Assembly (NCBI GenBank): GCA_963779755.1
Contig: CAVZZO010000001.1
Coordinates: 224,001 to 288,000 of the forward strand
DNA from: an uncultured Gemmatimonadales bacterium
Lineage (GTDB): Bacteria; Gemmatimonadota; Gemmatimonadetes; Gemmatimonadales; GWC2-71-9
DNA: 64,000 nucleotides
Reading direction: 5' to 3'
Numbering within the stretch: position 1 is the stretch's first letter; the number at the start of each line of letters is the position of its first letter. Shown piece by piece: positions 48,412 through 57,774 of this stretch. Under the pieces are notes generated by a model. The model did no database searches. It was given only the letters and a program-made list of their open reading frames with translations, and was not told the DNA's origin. Both the position numbers and the translations under genes were made by a program.

Positions 48412-49715
48412 GCCGTCTCCCCGTTTCGAAGATTGGTCCAGTTTCCCCCCACGCAGACCTCGCTCAGCACCTCATCGCCCGCCCCGAAAATAATCGCCTC
48501 GACCACGCCGTCGGGATCTACGCCGGCGAGCGCGGGTGCGCTGAGGTCCACCACGCTGAAGTCAGCCCAGGCGCCGGACGAAATCCGGCCGGCATCCACC
48601 CCCAGGGCGGAGGCGCCGCCCTGGGTGGCTGCCTGAAGCAGCGCGACGGCGGGCCGGCCGTCGCGGCCGCCCAGTATGCCGCGGGATTCGCGGGACAACC
48701 GCTGGCCGTATTCCAGCCAGCGCATTTCCTCCAACATGGAAATGCGGGCGTTCGAGTCGCTCCCCAGGCAGAGTCGCCCGCCCGCCCGGCGCGCGGGAGC
48801 GAGATCAGGAATGCCGTCGCCCAAATTGGCCTCGGTGAGGGGACAGATGCACACCGTCCCGCCTCCCTCGAAGAAGCGGGCCAGGTCGTCCGGCTCGCTG
48901 TGGGTGCAATGCACGGCGGTGACGTTGACGGGGGAACCCAGCACGTTGTTCAACAAGGCCAGCGGACGCTGGCCGTAGGCCTCCAGACTCTCTTCCAGTT
49001 CACGCCGCTGCTCTTCCACGTGCAGGTGCAGCACCATCCCGCGGCGCCGGGCCTCGGTCTGCAGCCCGGCGATCTCCTCCAGACTGGCCGCCCGGATACT
49101 GTGCGCCACTGCGCCGAGCTGCTCCCGCGCCGGATCCAGCCGGGAGGCCAGCCGGTCCATCTGGTCCCAGTACTGGTGGAGCGAAGTCGAGGCAAACCGG
49201 CGCTGCCCTGCCGCCAGCGGCTGCCCGATGCCGCCGGTGCGATAGTACGCCTGGAGCAGAACCAGCCGGATGCCGGCCTCCCGAGCGGCGCCGATCAGGA
49301 CGTCGTCGAGCGCGTAGTCCAGCCGGTCGGCGGAGTGATGGAAGTAGTGAAATTCCCCAACGGTGGTGATGCCGGCCCGCAGCATCTGCCGGTAGGCATC
49401 GACCGTAAGGCGGCGGAACCGCTCGGCATCCAGGCTCTCGGCCAGCTGGTACATGGCGTCCCGCCAGGTCCAGAAGGAGCCGAGCCCCGCGGGGAACCGC
49501 TCGCCCCGGCCCCGGAGGCCGAGCTGAAATGCATGCGAATGGGCGTTGACGAACCCCGGGAGCAGCGCGGACCGGCGCAGCCGGCGGGTGGGCGTGAGCC
49601 CCAGCGCGCCCACCCGGCCGATTCGCCCGTCGGCCTCCACGATCACCTGGACCCCGGTCGCCAGCCCACTGCCGGTCCAGGTCAGGTCGGCCTCGAAGAC
49701 CTCCCGGTCGCTCAT
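48408..49715 (-). CDS. hutF: Formimidoylglutamate deiminase
   Basis: NAHSHAFQ, FWTWRDAMY, GEFHY.HH, HSIRA, HLHVEEQ, CPLTEANLGDG, GSDS. Confidence 0.88.
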   Translation of the reverse strand: MSDREVFEADLTWTGSGLATGVQVIVEADGRIGRVGALGLTPTRRLRRSALLPGFVNAHSHAFQLGLRGRGERFPAGLGSFWTWRDAMYQLAESLDAERFRRLTVDAYRQMLRAGITTVGEFHYFHHSADRLDYALDDVLIGAAREAGIRLVLLQAYYRTGGIGQPLAAGQRRFASTSLHQYWDQMDRLASRLDPAREQLGAVAHSIRAASLEEIAGLQTEARRRGMVLHLHVEEQRRELEESLEAYGQRPLALLNNVLGSPVNVTAVHCTHSEPDDLARFFEGGGTVCICPLTEANLGDGIPDLAPARRAGGRLCLGSDSNARISMLEEMRWLEYGQRLSRESRGILGGRDGRPAVALLQAATQGGASALGVDAGRISSGAWADFSVVDLSAPALAGVDPDGVVEAIIFGAGDEVLSEVCVGGNWTNLRNGETA

Positions 49716-50860
49716 GCCTGGCAGAAACGACGGATCAGGGAGCGGACCATGCCGTCGGCCCGTTCGAACTGGGAGGCGGGCAGGCTCTCATTGGGCTTGT
49801 GGGCAACGGCGATGTTGCCCGGGCCGAAGATCACGCATTCGAGCCCGATGGTCTGGAACCAGCCGGCGTCGGTGGCGTAAGCGACGCTGTGGGTTTCGGA
49901 CGAACCGGCGACCTCACCCGCCGCCCGCAGTACGGGCGCATCGTCGCGCAGCAGCATGGGCGGACTCTCGCCGGTAAGCTGGAGCGAAAAGTCGCCGCCC
50001 GCGGCCCGGGCTATGGTGTCGCGGATCCGCTGAACCACCGCCGGAACATCGGTCCCGGGGAGGGTCCGTACCCCGATGTCCACTTCGCAATGGTCGGGGA
50101 TCACGTTGGTGGCCGTCCCACCACGCACCTGCGCCACGTTCAGGGCCAGGAAGGGTACCTCCGGGAAGAGCTCGCCGTTGGCCGGGTGCTCCGCTTCCAG
50201 CTCCGCGCGCAGGTCGCGCAGTGCGGCAATGGCCACCCCGGCGGGCTCGATGGCGTTCCGGCCCAGGTGGGGATAGCCGCTGTGGGCGCCCACCCCCTCG
50301 AAGGAAAGCCGCAGCTTCAGATGCCCCTTGTGGGCCCGGACCACCCGCAGTTCGGTCGGCTCCCCGATCACCGCCTGGACCGGCATGCCGGGCAGCGGTG
50401 TCCAGCCCTGGGCCAGCCGGCGCGCCCCCAGGGTGCCGACTTCCTCGTCGTAGGTGAAAAGCAGCACCAGGGGGGCCGTGAGCGCCGCCGGATCGAACGA
50501 AGCGGCTGCATTCATGGCCAGCGCGAGGAAGCCTTTCATGTCGCAGGCGCCCCGGCCCGTGTACGCGCCCTCGGCCAGCGTCAGCGTGAACGGATCGGTC
50601 TGCCATCCGGCCTCGTCGGCCGGCACGACATCCATGTGGCCCGAGAGGACCAGGCCCTCGCCGTCTCCCCCCTCGGGCCCGACCCGAATGAGAAGATTGG
50701 CCTTTTCGCCGTCCGGCGAGGGCCGGCGGTCGACCTGGATGCCGGGGCGGTCCAGGTAGTCCGCGATGAAATCGGCGATGGGCAGATTGCTGTTGCGGCT
50801 GGTCGAATCGAAGCCGACCAGCCGGCTCAGCAGCTCGGCATTGGTGAGGAGTCCGGGCAC
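49712..50860 (-). CDS. argE: Acetylornithine deacetylase (M20A family)
   Basis: LSGHMDVVP, GRGACDMKGF, DEEVG, IGEPT, AHSG, GPG.I.VAHKPNE; start approximate. Confidence 0.82.
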   Translation of the reverse strand: MPGLLTNAELLSRLVGFDSTSRNSNLPIADFIADYLDRPGIQVDRRPSPDGEKANLLIRVGPEGGDGEGLVLSGHMDVVPADEAGWQTDPFTLTLAEGAYTGRGACDMKGFLALAMNAAASFDPAALTAPLVLLFTYDEEVGTLGARRLAQGWTPLPGMPVQAVIGEPTELRVVRAHKGHLKLRLSFEGVGAHSGYPHLGRNAIEPAGVAIAALRDLRAELEAEHPANGELFPEVPFLALNVAQVRGGTATNVIPDHCEVDIGVRTLPGTDVPAVVQRIRDTIARAAGGDFSLQLTGESPPMLLRDDAPVLRAAGEVAGSSETHSVAYATDAGWFQTIGLECVIFGPGNIAVAHKPNESLPASQFERADGMVRSLIRRFCQA

Positions 50861-50956
50861 GGGAGAAGTCTGCCTCCGATACACCCGCTCAACAAGGGGG
50901 CAGAGCCGGTGTACTATTCGGAGACCCGGACCATCCGACCACATCGCCGACGATCC

Positions 50957-53062
50957 ATGATCCCACTGCTCCGCCGAGCGGCCCGCCCGCTCCGCCTTCT
51001 CACGCCACTGCTGCTTCTGCCGCTCCATCCCGCGGCGGGCCAGGCGCAGCTCTCGCTCATTCCTCAGCCCCGCGAAGTGACGCCGGGAGCAATCGTCCCG
51101 CTGCGCGGCGGCGTCCGCATCCTGCGCGCCGGCAGCAGCCCGGAAGACCGCTTCGCCGGCGGCGATCTGGCTGCCGCGCTCAAGGCGCGCGGCATCGCCG
51201 TTGCCACCAGCGACGGTCCCGGTGTGGTGACGGTCATGCTCTCGCGCCGCGGATCGGGCGTGGGCCGGCGCGCGCTGGCCCGCAACCACCTGGTGATCGA
51301 TTCCGCCATGGGAGAGCAGGGCTACGTATTGGCGGCGTCGGGACACCGGGTCGACATCGTCGGGGGCGGAGCCGCGGGGGTCTTCTATGGGGTGCAGACG
51401 CTCAAACAGCTGATCCAGGGCAGCGGGCGTGCGGCCATGCTGCAGACCGCCCGGATACGTGATTGGCCCGCCCTGCGCTGGCGCGGCGTCCACGACGACC
51501 TCTCCCGGGGGCCGGTGCCCACGCTCGAGTTCCAGAAAAAGCAGATCCGCACGCTGGGGGCCTACAAGATCAACGTCTTCTCACCCTATTTCGAGCACAC
51601 GCTGGCCTATCAGCGCTATCCGCTCCTCGCGCCGCCGGGCGGGGCCATGAGCGAGGCCGATGTCCGCGCGCTGGTGGCCTACGCCCGGGATTATCACGTG
51701 ACCATCATCCCGGAGCAGGAGGCGTTCGGCCACCTGCATCACGTGCTCAAATGGGAGCTCTATTCCTCGCTGGGCGAGACGCCGCACGGGCACGTACTGG
51801 CTCCCGGCGATTCCGGCACCCTCGGGGTCATCGGAGACTGGTTCGACGAAATCGATTCGCTCTTTCCCGGCCCCTTCGTCCATATCGGGGCGGACGAGAC
51901 TTTCGAGCTGGGCCGAGGCCGGACGGCGGAGCTGGTGCGGAGCGAAGGCCTGGGCGCGGTCTATCTCGACTTTCTCCGGAAGATCGAACAGCGGCTGCGG
52001 CCGCGGGGCAAGCGGCTGCTCTTCTGGGGCGATGTCGCGGGGAATTCGCCCGAGCTGGTGAAGTCGCTGCCGCACGACATGATCGCCGTCGCCTGGAATT
52101 ACTGGTCTCACGACCACTTCGACCGGATGCTGCAGCCGTTCATTGATGCCGGCATGGACACCTGGGTCGCCCCGGGGGTCGCCAACTGGAGCCGGGTCTG
52201 GCCCGACTATCACATTGCCCTGCCGAACATCCAGCAGTTCGTGCTCGCCGGGCAGCGCCTGGGCTCGGAGGGTGTCCTGAACACCACCTGGGACGACGAT
52301 GGTGAGGCCCTGTTCAACCAGACCTGGTACGGACTGCTGTTCGGCGCCGCGGCCTCCTGGCAGGCCGGCGAGGCGGACACCGCGCTCTTCGCGCGCAACT
52401 ACGGCCCGGTCTTCCAGGGCGATGCCAGCGGCGAAGTCAACCGGGCTCAGCAACTCCTGATCCAGGCGCATGCGCTGCTCGACAGCGCCGGGGTGGGCGA
52501 CGCCGGCGACTGGCTCTTCTGGCTGGACCCCTGGAGCCCGGCCGGACAGACGGTGACGCCGAAGATCCTGCCGGTGGCCTCGCAGCTGCGCCTGTTGGCG
52601 GAAGGAGCCCTGGTGGCCGCCAGCAATGCCGCCAGGACCGGCGTCCGTGAACCCGATGCCCTCGCCGCGCTGGAACTGGGAGCGCGCCGGATCGATTTCA
52701 TCGGCATGAAGTTCCAGTTTGCGGACGAAATCGCCCGCGCCTACCGTCTGGCGCGGGACACCGCGGATGCCGGCACTCGCGAGCACGAGTTCAGCGACAT
52801 CAACAGCATGAACGGCCGGCTGCAGGACCTGCGCGACGGCTACACTCTTCTGCGCGGGCTGTACCGCGATGCCTGGCTCCGGGAAAACCGGCCCTACTGG
52901 CTCCAGAATGTCCTGGCCCGGTACGACGCCGCCACCGCCCTGTGGCTCCGGCGCATGGACCAGTTCACCGAAGCGCGGCGGCTGGGGCGCAGCGGCGCTG
53001 AGCTCCCCGCCCCCGCGGCGCTGGGCCTCCCCGACACCTCCTCGATGGAGAAGGCTCCATGA
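50957..53062 (+). CDS. GH20 beta-N-acetylhexosaminidase-like protein
   Basis: Signal peptide; LIPQP, FYGVQTL.QL, IRDWP..RWRG..DDLSRG, HIGADE. Confidence 0.88.
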   Translation: MIPLLRRAARPLRLLTPLLLLPLHPAAGQAQLSLIPQPREVTPGAIVPLRGGVRILRAGSSPEDRFAGGDLAAALKARGIAVATSDGPGVVTVMLSRRGSGVGRRALARNHLVIDSAMGEQGYVLAASGHRVDIVGGGAAGVFYGVQTLKQLIQGSGRAAMLQTARIRDWPALRWRGVHDDLSRGPVPTLEFQKKQIRTLGAYKINVFSPYFEHTLAYQRYPLLAPPGGAMSEADVRALVAYARDYHVTIIPEQEAFGHLHHVLKWELYSSLGETPHGHVLAPGDSGTLGVIGDWFDEIDSLFPGPFVHIGADETFELGRGRTAELVRSEGLGAVYLDFLRKIEQRLRPRGKRLLFWGDVAGNSPELVKSLPHDMIAVAWNYWSHDHFDRMLQPFIDAGMDTWVAPGVANWSRVWPDYHIALPNIQQFVLAGQRLGSEGVLNTTWDDDGEALFNQTWYGLLFGAAASWQAGEADTALFARNYGPVFQGDASGEVNRAQQLLIQAHALLDSAGVGDAGDWLFWLDPWSPAGQTVTPKILPVASQLRLLAEGALVAASNAARTGVREPDALAALELGARRIDFIGMKFQFADEIARAYRLARDTADAGTREHEFSDINSMNGRLQDLRDGYTLLRGLYRDAWLRENRPYWLQNVLARYDAATALWLRRMDQFTEARRLGRSGAELPAPAALGLPDTSSMEKAP

Positions 53063-54696
53063 CCGTTTCCCGCCGCGACTTCGTTGCCGTATCCGGCGGG
53101 GCCATGCTGGCCCTGGCCGCGCCCGCGCTGCACCTCCCCTCCCGGCGGCGCTACGACCTGGTCCTGCGCGGCGGCACCGTCTTCGACGGCTCCGGCGCCG
53201 AGGGGGTGCGTGCCGATCTCGCCGTCAGCGGCGACCGGATCGCCGCGGTGGCGCCGGGCCTGGCGCCGGGCGCACTCGAAATCGATGCCCGCGACCTGGC
53301 GGTAGCCCCGGGCTTCATCGACATCCACTCCCATGCCGACGGAACGCTGTTCGACGATCCAAGGGCCGAATCGGTGGTGCGACAGGGAGTCACCACAGCG
53401 GTCGTGGGCCAGGACGGATCCTCCCATGTGCCCCGCGCCCGCTCGAGCGACGATAACGACGGCCCCGGCTTCGGCTCGATGGCCGACTACTTTCAGTCGG
53501 TCGATCAGGCCGGCCCTTCGATCAACCTCGCCTCCATGGTCGGCCTGGGCAGCGTGCGCGGCGCGGTCATCGGCGACGACGACCGCCCGGCGACCGATGC
53601 CGAGTTGCGGCAGATGACGGCCCTGGTGGCCGATGCCCTCGACCACGGCGCCTGCGGCGCCAGCACCGGCCTCGAGTACACTCCGGGCGCCTTTGCTTCA
53701 CGCGAGGAGCTCATCGCCCTGTGCCGTCCGCTGGCCCCGCGGAAGCTCCCCTACGCCACCCACATGCGAAATGAGGACGACCGCGTGCTGGAAGCGGTGG
53801 ATGAGGCCATCGCAATCGCCGCCGGTGCCGGCTGTCCGCTCGAGATCTCCCACCTCAAGGCCCAGGGGCCGCGCAACTGGGACAAACTGGACCAGATCTT
53901 CGCCCGCATTGCCGCGGCGAAGCTGCGGATGGACATCGCCTTCGATCGCTATCCCTATGTGGCCTATCAGACCACGCTGGCCAACCTGTTTCCCGCCGCC
54001 AGCCGCGACGGCGGCACCGAGGCCTTTCTGGGCCGCCTGAGCGACAGCGCCACCGCGCCCCAGCTGAAGCAGGACGCGCTCGCCAAGGTGGAATCACTGG
54101 GCGGCTGGGATCATGTCATGATCTCCAGTGTCGCCGACTCCAGCGACCGGTCCGCCGAGGGCCGGCGAATGGGAGAGTATGCCCGGGCCCGCGGCGAGGA
54201 CCCCTACGCGCTGACGGTCGCGCTGCTCACCGGGAGCCGCGGCAACGTCGGCATGGTGGGGTTCGCCATGAGTGAGGACAACCTGGAGCGGATCCTGGCC
54301 CATCCGCTGAGCATGGTCTGCAGCGACGGCGGCGCCTTTGCCCTGGAGGGCCCGGCGCACCGGGGCCATCCGCATCCTCGCGGGTTGGGCAGCTTTCCCC
54401 GGGTCCTCGCGCTCTATGTCCGTCAGCGCAAGATCCTGACGCTCGCGCAGGCCATCCACAAGATGAGCGGCTTCGCCGCCGCGCGGCTCCATCTGCGCGA
54501 CCGGGGCCGCCTGGCCGCCGGTGCCGCGGCAGACATCGTAGTGTTCGATCCGGATACCGTGAGCGACCAGGCCACCTTCGCCGATCCGTTCCAGTATCCC
54601 ACCGGTATCAGCGCAGTGATCGTGAACGGCTCGGTCACCATCCGGGAGGGAGAGCATAGCGCGACCGGCGCCGGCCGGGCGCTCCGGCCGGGCTGA
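53059..54696 (+). CDS. Tat-exported N-acyl-D-amino-acid deacylase family amidohydrolase
   Basis: SRRDFV; PGFIDIHSH, THMRNE, ISHLK, SDG, HPRGLGSFPR. Confidence 0.88.
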   Translation: MTVSRRDFVAVSGGAMLALAAPALHLPSRRRYDLVLRGGTVFDGSGAEGVRADLAVSGDRIAAVAPGLAPGALEIDARDLAVAPGFIDIHSHADGTLFDDPRAESVVRQGVTTAVVGQDGSSHVPRARSSDDNDGPGFGSMADYFQSVDQAGPSINLASMVGLGSVRGAVIGDDDRPATDAELRQMTALVADALDHGACGASTGLEYTPGAFASREELIALCRPLAPRKLPYATHMRNEDDRVLEAVDEAIAIAAGAGCPLEISHLKAQGPRNWDKLDQIFARIAAAKLRMDIAFDRYPYVAYQTTLANLFPAASRDGGTEAFLGRLSDSATAPQLKQDALAKVESLGGWDHVMISSVADSSDRSAEGRRMGEYARARGEDPYALTVALLTGSRGNVGMVGFAMSEDNLERILAHPLSMVCSDGGAFALEGPAHRGHPHPRGLGSFPRVLALYVRQRKILTLAQAIHKMSGFAAARLHLRDRGRLAAGAAADIVVFDPDTVSDQATFADPFQYPTGISAVIVNGSVTIREGEHSATGAGRALRPG

Positions 54697-54806
54697 GGCG
54701 GCCACCCTCAACATTCTTTCAATACAGCTTCAGCCTGGCCTCACGGCCTTCATGGCATAGTGGCGTGGGCGGAGTGCGCTTCGCTCCCGCTGGCCAGGAG
54801 GCTGGT

Positions 54807-55700
54807 ATGGTCGCCATTCAGTTACCCGTCGCGCGCAGAGCCACGCTTACCACCAGGACAGCGCGTACCTACGCGCCCAGGATCGTCACCCGGCCGGAGC
54901 CCCGGCCGGCGGCCCTCCCCGTACCGCGGGTGCAGGGCATGCTGGGGGCCCGCCACCGCTCCCATCCCGTTGCCTCGTTCTTTTCCTCCCTGGGCGCGCA
55001 CCTGATGGTGATCAGTGTGATACTCGTGGCCACCCAGGCCTCCGTGGGCCCGCCGCTCATGGCCACCCCGGACACGACCATGGTCTTTCTGCAGGGCCTG
55101 CGTCCGGTCCCTGCCGAGCGGGTCCCCGCACGGCCGGAGCCCCCACCGGAGCGCGCGCAGGGACCGGGGGGAGGCGCGTTGCTCATCGCCAATCCGCCGC
55201 CCAAGGGGTTTCAGACGGTCATTGCCCCGACCTCCATTCCCGACGGCATCCCGCCCGTCGATCCGGATGAGAAACCCTATGATCCGCGCGATTTCACCGG
55301 CGTCGGCGTTGAAGGCGGCGTCTCCTATGGGTTAGTGGGAGGCACCGGACCGGTGAATCAGGACCTCACCGCGGGACTGGGCGAGGCGCTCTTCACGGCG
55401 ACATCCCGGGAAGCGGAGTTTGCTCCCGCCGAAGTGGTCTTCCAGCCGGCTCCGGTCTATCCTCCGGCGCTGCTCCGCGCGGGCCTGGAGGGCAGCCTCC
55501 GGGTGCGGTTCATCATCGACACCACCGGAAGAGTCGAAGCCGCGTCCTTCCAGGTCCTGGAGGCCAGCCTTCCGGGGTTTGAACCGGCGGTGCGGGCAAC
55601 CATCCTCGGCAGCCGCTTCCGGCCCGCCCGGCTCGGCGCAGTGGCCGTGCGGCAACTGACCGAGCAGCGGGTGAGCTTCGTCCTGGAGGACCGGCCATAG
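54807..55700 (+). CDS. TonB family energy transducer
   Basis: AGGAGG RBS; TM helix with SxxxH; Pro-rich linker; YPP.L..AG.EG...RFIIDTTGRV, RFRPA. Confidence 0.85.
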   Translation: MVAIQLPVARRATLTTRTARTYAPRIVTRPEPRPAALPVPRVQGMLGARHRSHPVASFFSSLGAHLMVISVILVATQASVGPPLMATPDTTMVFLQGLRPVPAERVPARPEPPPERAQGPGGGALLIANPPPKGFQTVIAPTSIPDGIPPVDPDEKPYDPRDFTGVGVEGGVSYGLVGGTGPVNQDLTAGLGEALFTATSREAEFAPAEVVFQPAPVYPPALLRAGLEGSLRVRFIIDTTGRVEAASFQVLEASLPGFEPAVRATILGSRFRPARLGAVAVRQLTEQRVSFVLEDRP

Positions 55701-55808
55701 TCCGAGCCTGGGCAGGCAGGTCGGTCCGATCCGGCCCAGGTATCCCACCGCAATGGCGCTCTCTGCGAGTCTCCGCGGCGTCGGCGCCCTTCTTGTGAGC
55801 AAGCGTAA

Positions 55809-56939
55809 TCAGGATACCAGCCCGGCCAGCAGCCGGACGCGAATGCCTCCGACGTTGGTCGTAAGGACCGTCTCCAGCGGCAGTGCCAGCTGCCGCTCGT
55901 GCTCCGGATGCGCCAGCAGCAGGGCCGCCCGCCATCCGCGGCAGCGCTCCCGCGCAAACCGCCCCAGCCCGGCATAGAGGTTCCGCAGTTTTTGCCGGTC
56001 GCCGATGCGCACGCCGTAAGGCGGGTTCGTGACCAGCCACCCGGGCCCCCGGGGCGGCTCCTGCGCCGAGAAAGCGCACCGCTCCAGCCTGATCTGCTCG
56101 GCCACACCGGCGCGCTCGGCATTGGACCGGGCGGCGGCGATGGCACCCGCATCGCGATCGGATCCCCACACCGCCTGCGGCGGCCCCGGCAGAACCTCGG
56201 CGGCTGCCGTCCGCCGGATCGCTTCCCAGCCGGCCGCATCGAAGCCGGGCCAGCGCTCGAACCCGTACCCGCGGCGCAGCCCCGGCGGCGCCCGTTGCGC
56301 CAGGAGCGCCGCTTCGATGCAGATGGTCCCCGAGCCGCAGAGTGGGTCCAGGAGCGGGCCCGACCCATCATATCGGGCCGCCAGGAGCATCGCGGCGGCG
56401 ATGGTCTCCCGCAGCGGCGCCTTGGCCGTGGCCGCGCGGTAGCCCCGCCGGTGCAGCAGCGCGCCCGAGCTGTCGGCGCTGATAGTGCATTCATCCCGCC
56501 AGAACCGGACCACGAAGAGCTGGCTCCCGCCCGCTTCATCGGCGCCGGTGGTGACCTCGAGCGACGGATACACCGAATGCAGGACCCGGTGCAGTCGCTC
56601 GGCGATAGCGTCCTGGTGATAGAGGCGCGACTTGCGGCTGGTGATCCGGAAGCGGACCGGCGTGTCCGGATTCACCACGGCCGACCAGTCGAGCCGCCGG
56701 GTTCGCCGCTCCAGTTCGGCGAAGCTGGAAGCATGAAATGAGGCGAGCCGCACCAGGATGCGGTTGGCGGTGCGCAACTGGAGGTTGGCACGGTACATCC
56801 CCCTGCGGTCAGCCTGGAAGGCTACTCCGCCCGGCTCCATCTCGCCCGGGATCAGGCCCAGCGCCCGCAGCTCCGTGGCGGTGATCCCCTCGATACCGGG
56901 TGGGGTAATGGCGTAGCAGTCGAGGAGTGGGGCGGTCAC
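55809..56939 (-). CDS. THUMP-domain SAM-dependent RNA methyltransferase (RlmL-like)
   Basis: DSSG..LHRRGYR, APLRETIAAAML, DPLCGSGT, NPPYG. Confidence 0.88.
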   Translation of the reverse strand: MTAPLLDCYAITPPGIEGITATELRALGLIPGEMEPGGVAFQADRRGMYRANLQLRTANRILVRLASFHASSFAELERRTRRLDWSAVVNPDTPVRFRITSRKSRLYHQDAIAERLHRVLHSVYPSLEVTTGADEAGGSQLFVVRFWRDECTISADSSGALLHRRGYRAATAKAPLRETIAAAMLLAARYDGSGPLLDPLCGSGTICIEAALLAQRAPPGLRRGYGFERWPGFDAAGWEAIRRTAAAEVLPGPPQAVWGSDRDAGAIAAARSNAERAGVAEQIRLERCAFSAQEPPRGPGWLVTNPPYGVRIGDRQKLRNLYAGLGRFARERCRGWRAALLLAHPEHERQLALPLETVLTTNVGGIRVRLLAGLVS

Positions 56940-57700
56940 CCTTTGGCGCCGCCGAGCCACTCGGCAGCCAGCGAAACCAGGGAGGAAGGATCCTGCACCA
57001 GCATCAGACCGGGAGGATGCCCCAGGGCGTCTACCCCGGGGCGGGTGAGCCCCGAAGGCACCGCCAGCACGCGCAGGCCGGCCGCCAGCGCCGACCGGAT
57101 ACCCGGCGCGGAATCCTCCACGGCCATGCACTGCTCCGCCGGCAGCGCGAGACGTGTCAGAGCCACCTGGTACACCTCGGGATCCGGTTTCGGGCGGGTC
57201 ACGTCCTCGATGGTGAGCACCGGATCGAAGACGCCCTCGAGCTCGAGGGCCATGAGGATCTGGTCCACCTGATAGCGGTGGCTCACCGTAACCAGGCCGC
57301 GCGGCAGACCCCGCTGCCGCACATCGGCTACCAGCGCCAGCGCATCGCTCAGGCCCTCATCGCGAATGGCCTGCGGCTCCTCCAGCATGGCATCGTATTC
57401 CCGCAGCCGGAGCGCGATGTACGCCTCGGCCGGGGTTGCCGCATTCAGATCGGCCATGCGACGGCGGGCGGGCTCCTCCAGCTGGAAGCGCTGCATGAGC
57501 CGGTCCGCCACTGCCTGGCGGGCGAGCCCGACGACGTCGCCGAAGGCGCGCACCACGTCGGCCTCGCGCACCTCGGGCCGGAGCGCGGTCGCCGCGCGGG
57601 CATAGGAGATAGCCTTGAGCCGCTCGGTACGGACCAGCGTCCCGTCCAGATCGAACAGCACGGCCCGGACGGGGCGCTCGGGAATCGGGGATATGTTCAC
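56936..57700 (-). CDS. HAD family phosphatase
   Basis: FDLDGTL, KPDPEVY, VEDS..GI. Confidence 0.88.
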   Translation of the reverse strand: MNISPIPERPVRAVLFDLDGTLVRTERLKAISYARAATALRPEVREADVVRAFGDVVGLARQAVADRLMQRFQLEEPARRRMADLNAATPAEAYIALRLREYDAMLEEPQAIRDEGLSDALALVADVRQRGLPRGLVTVSHRYQVDQILMALELEGVFDPVLTIEDVTRPKPDPEVYQVALTRLALPAEQCMAVEDSAPGIRSALAAGLRVLAVPSGLTRPGVDALGHPPGLMLVQDPSSLVSLAAEWLGGAKG

Positions 57701-57774
57701 GCGGGAATGATAGTCGGGCGCCGAGCCTCCCGGCCAAGCGGAGGGTCGGTCGCACAGCCGGTGCTGGGGCCGCC

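Noticed and set aside
49799..53062. 1087-aa GH20 ORF and 813-aa ORF 42702-45143 as fusion proteins
   Set aside because: The N-terminal extensions overlap argE (antisense) or the aminotransferase (other frame); signal peptides mark the real starts near 50957 and 44148.
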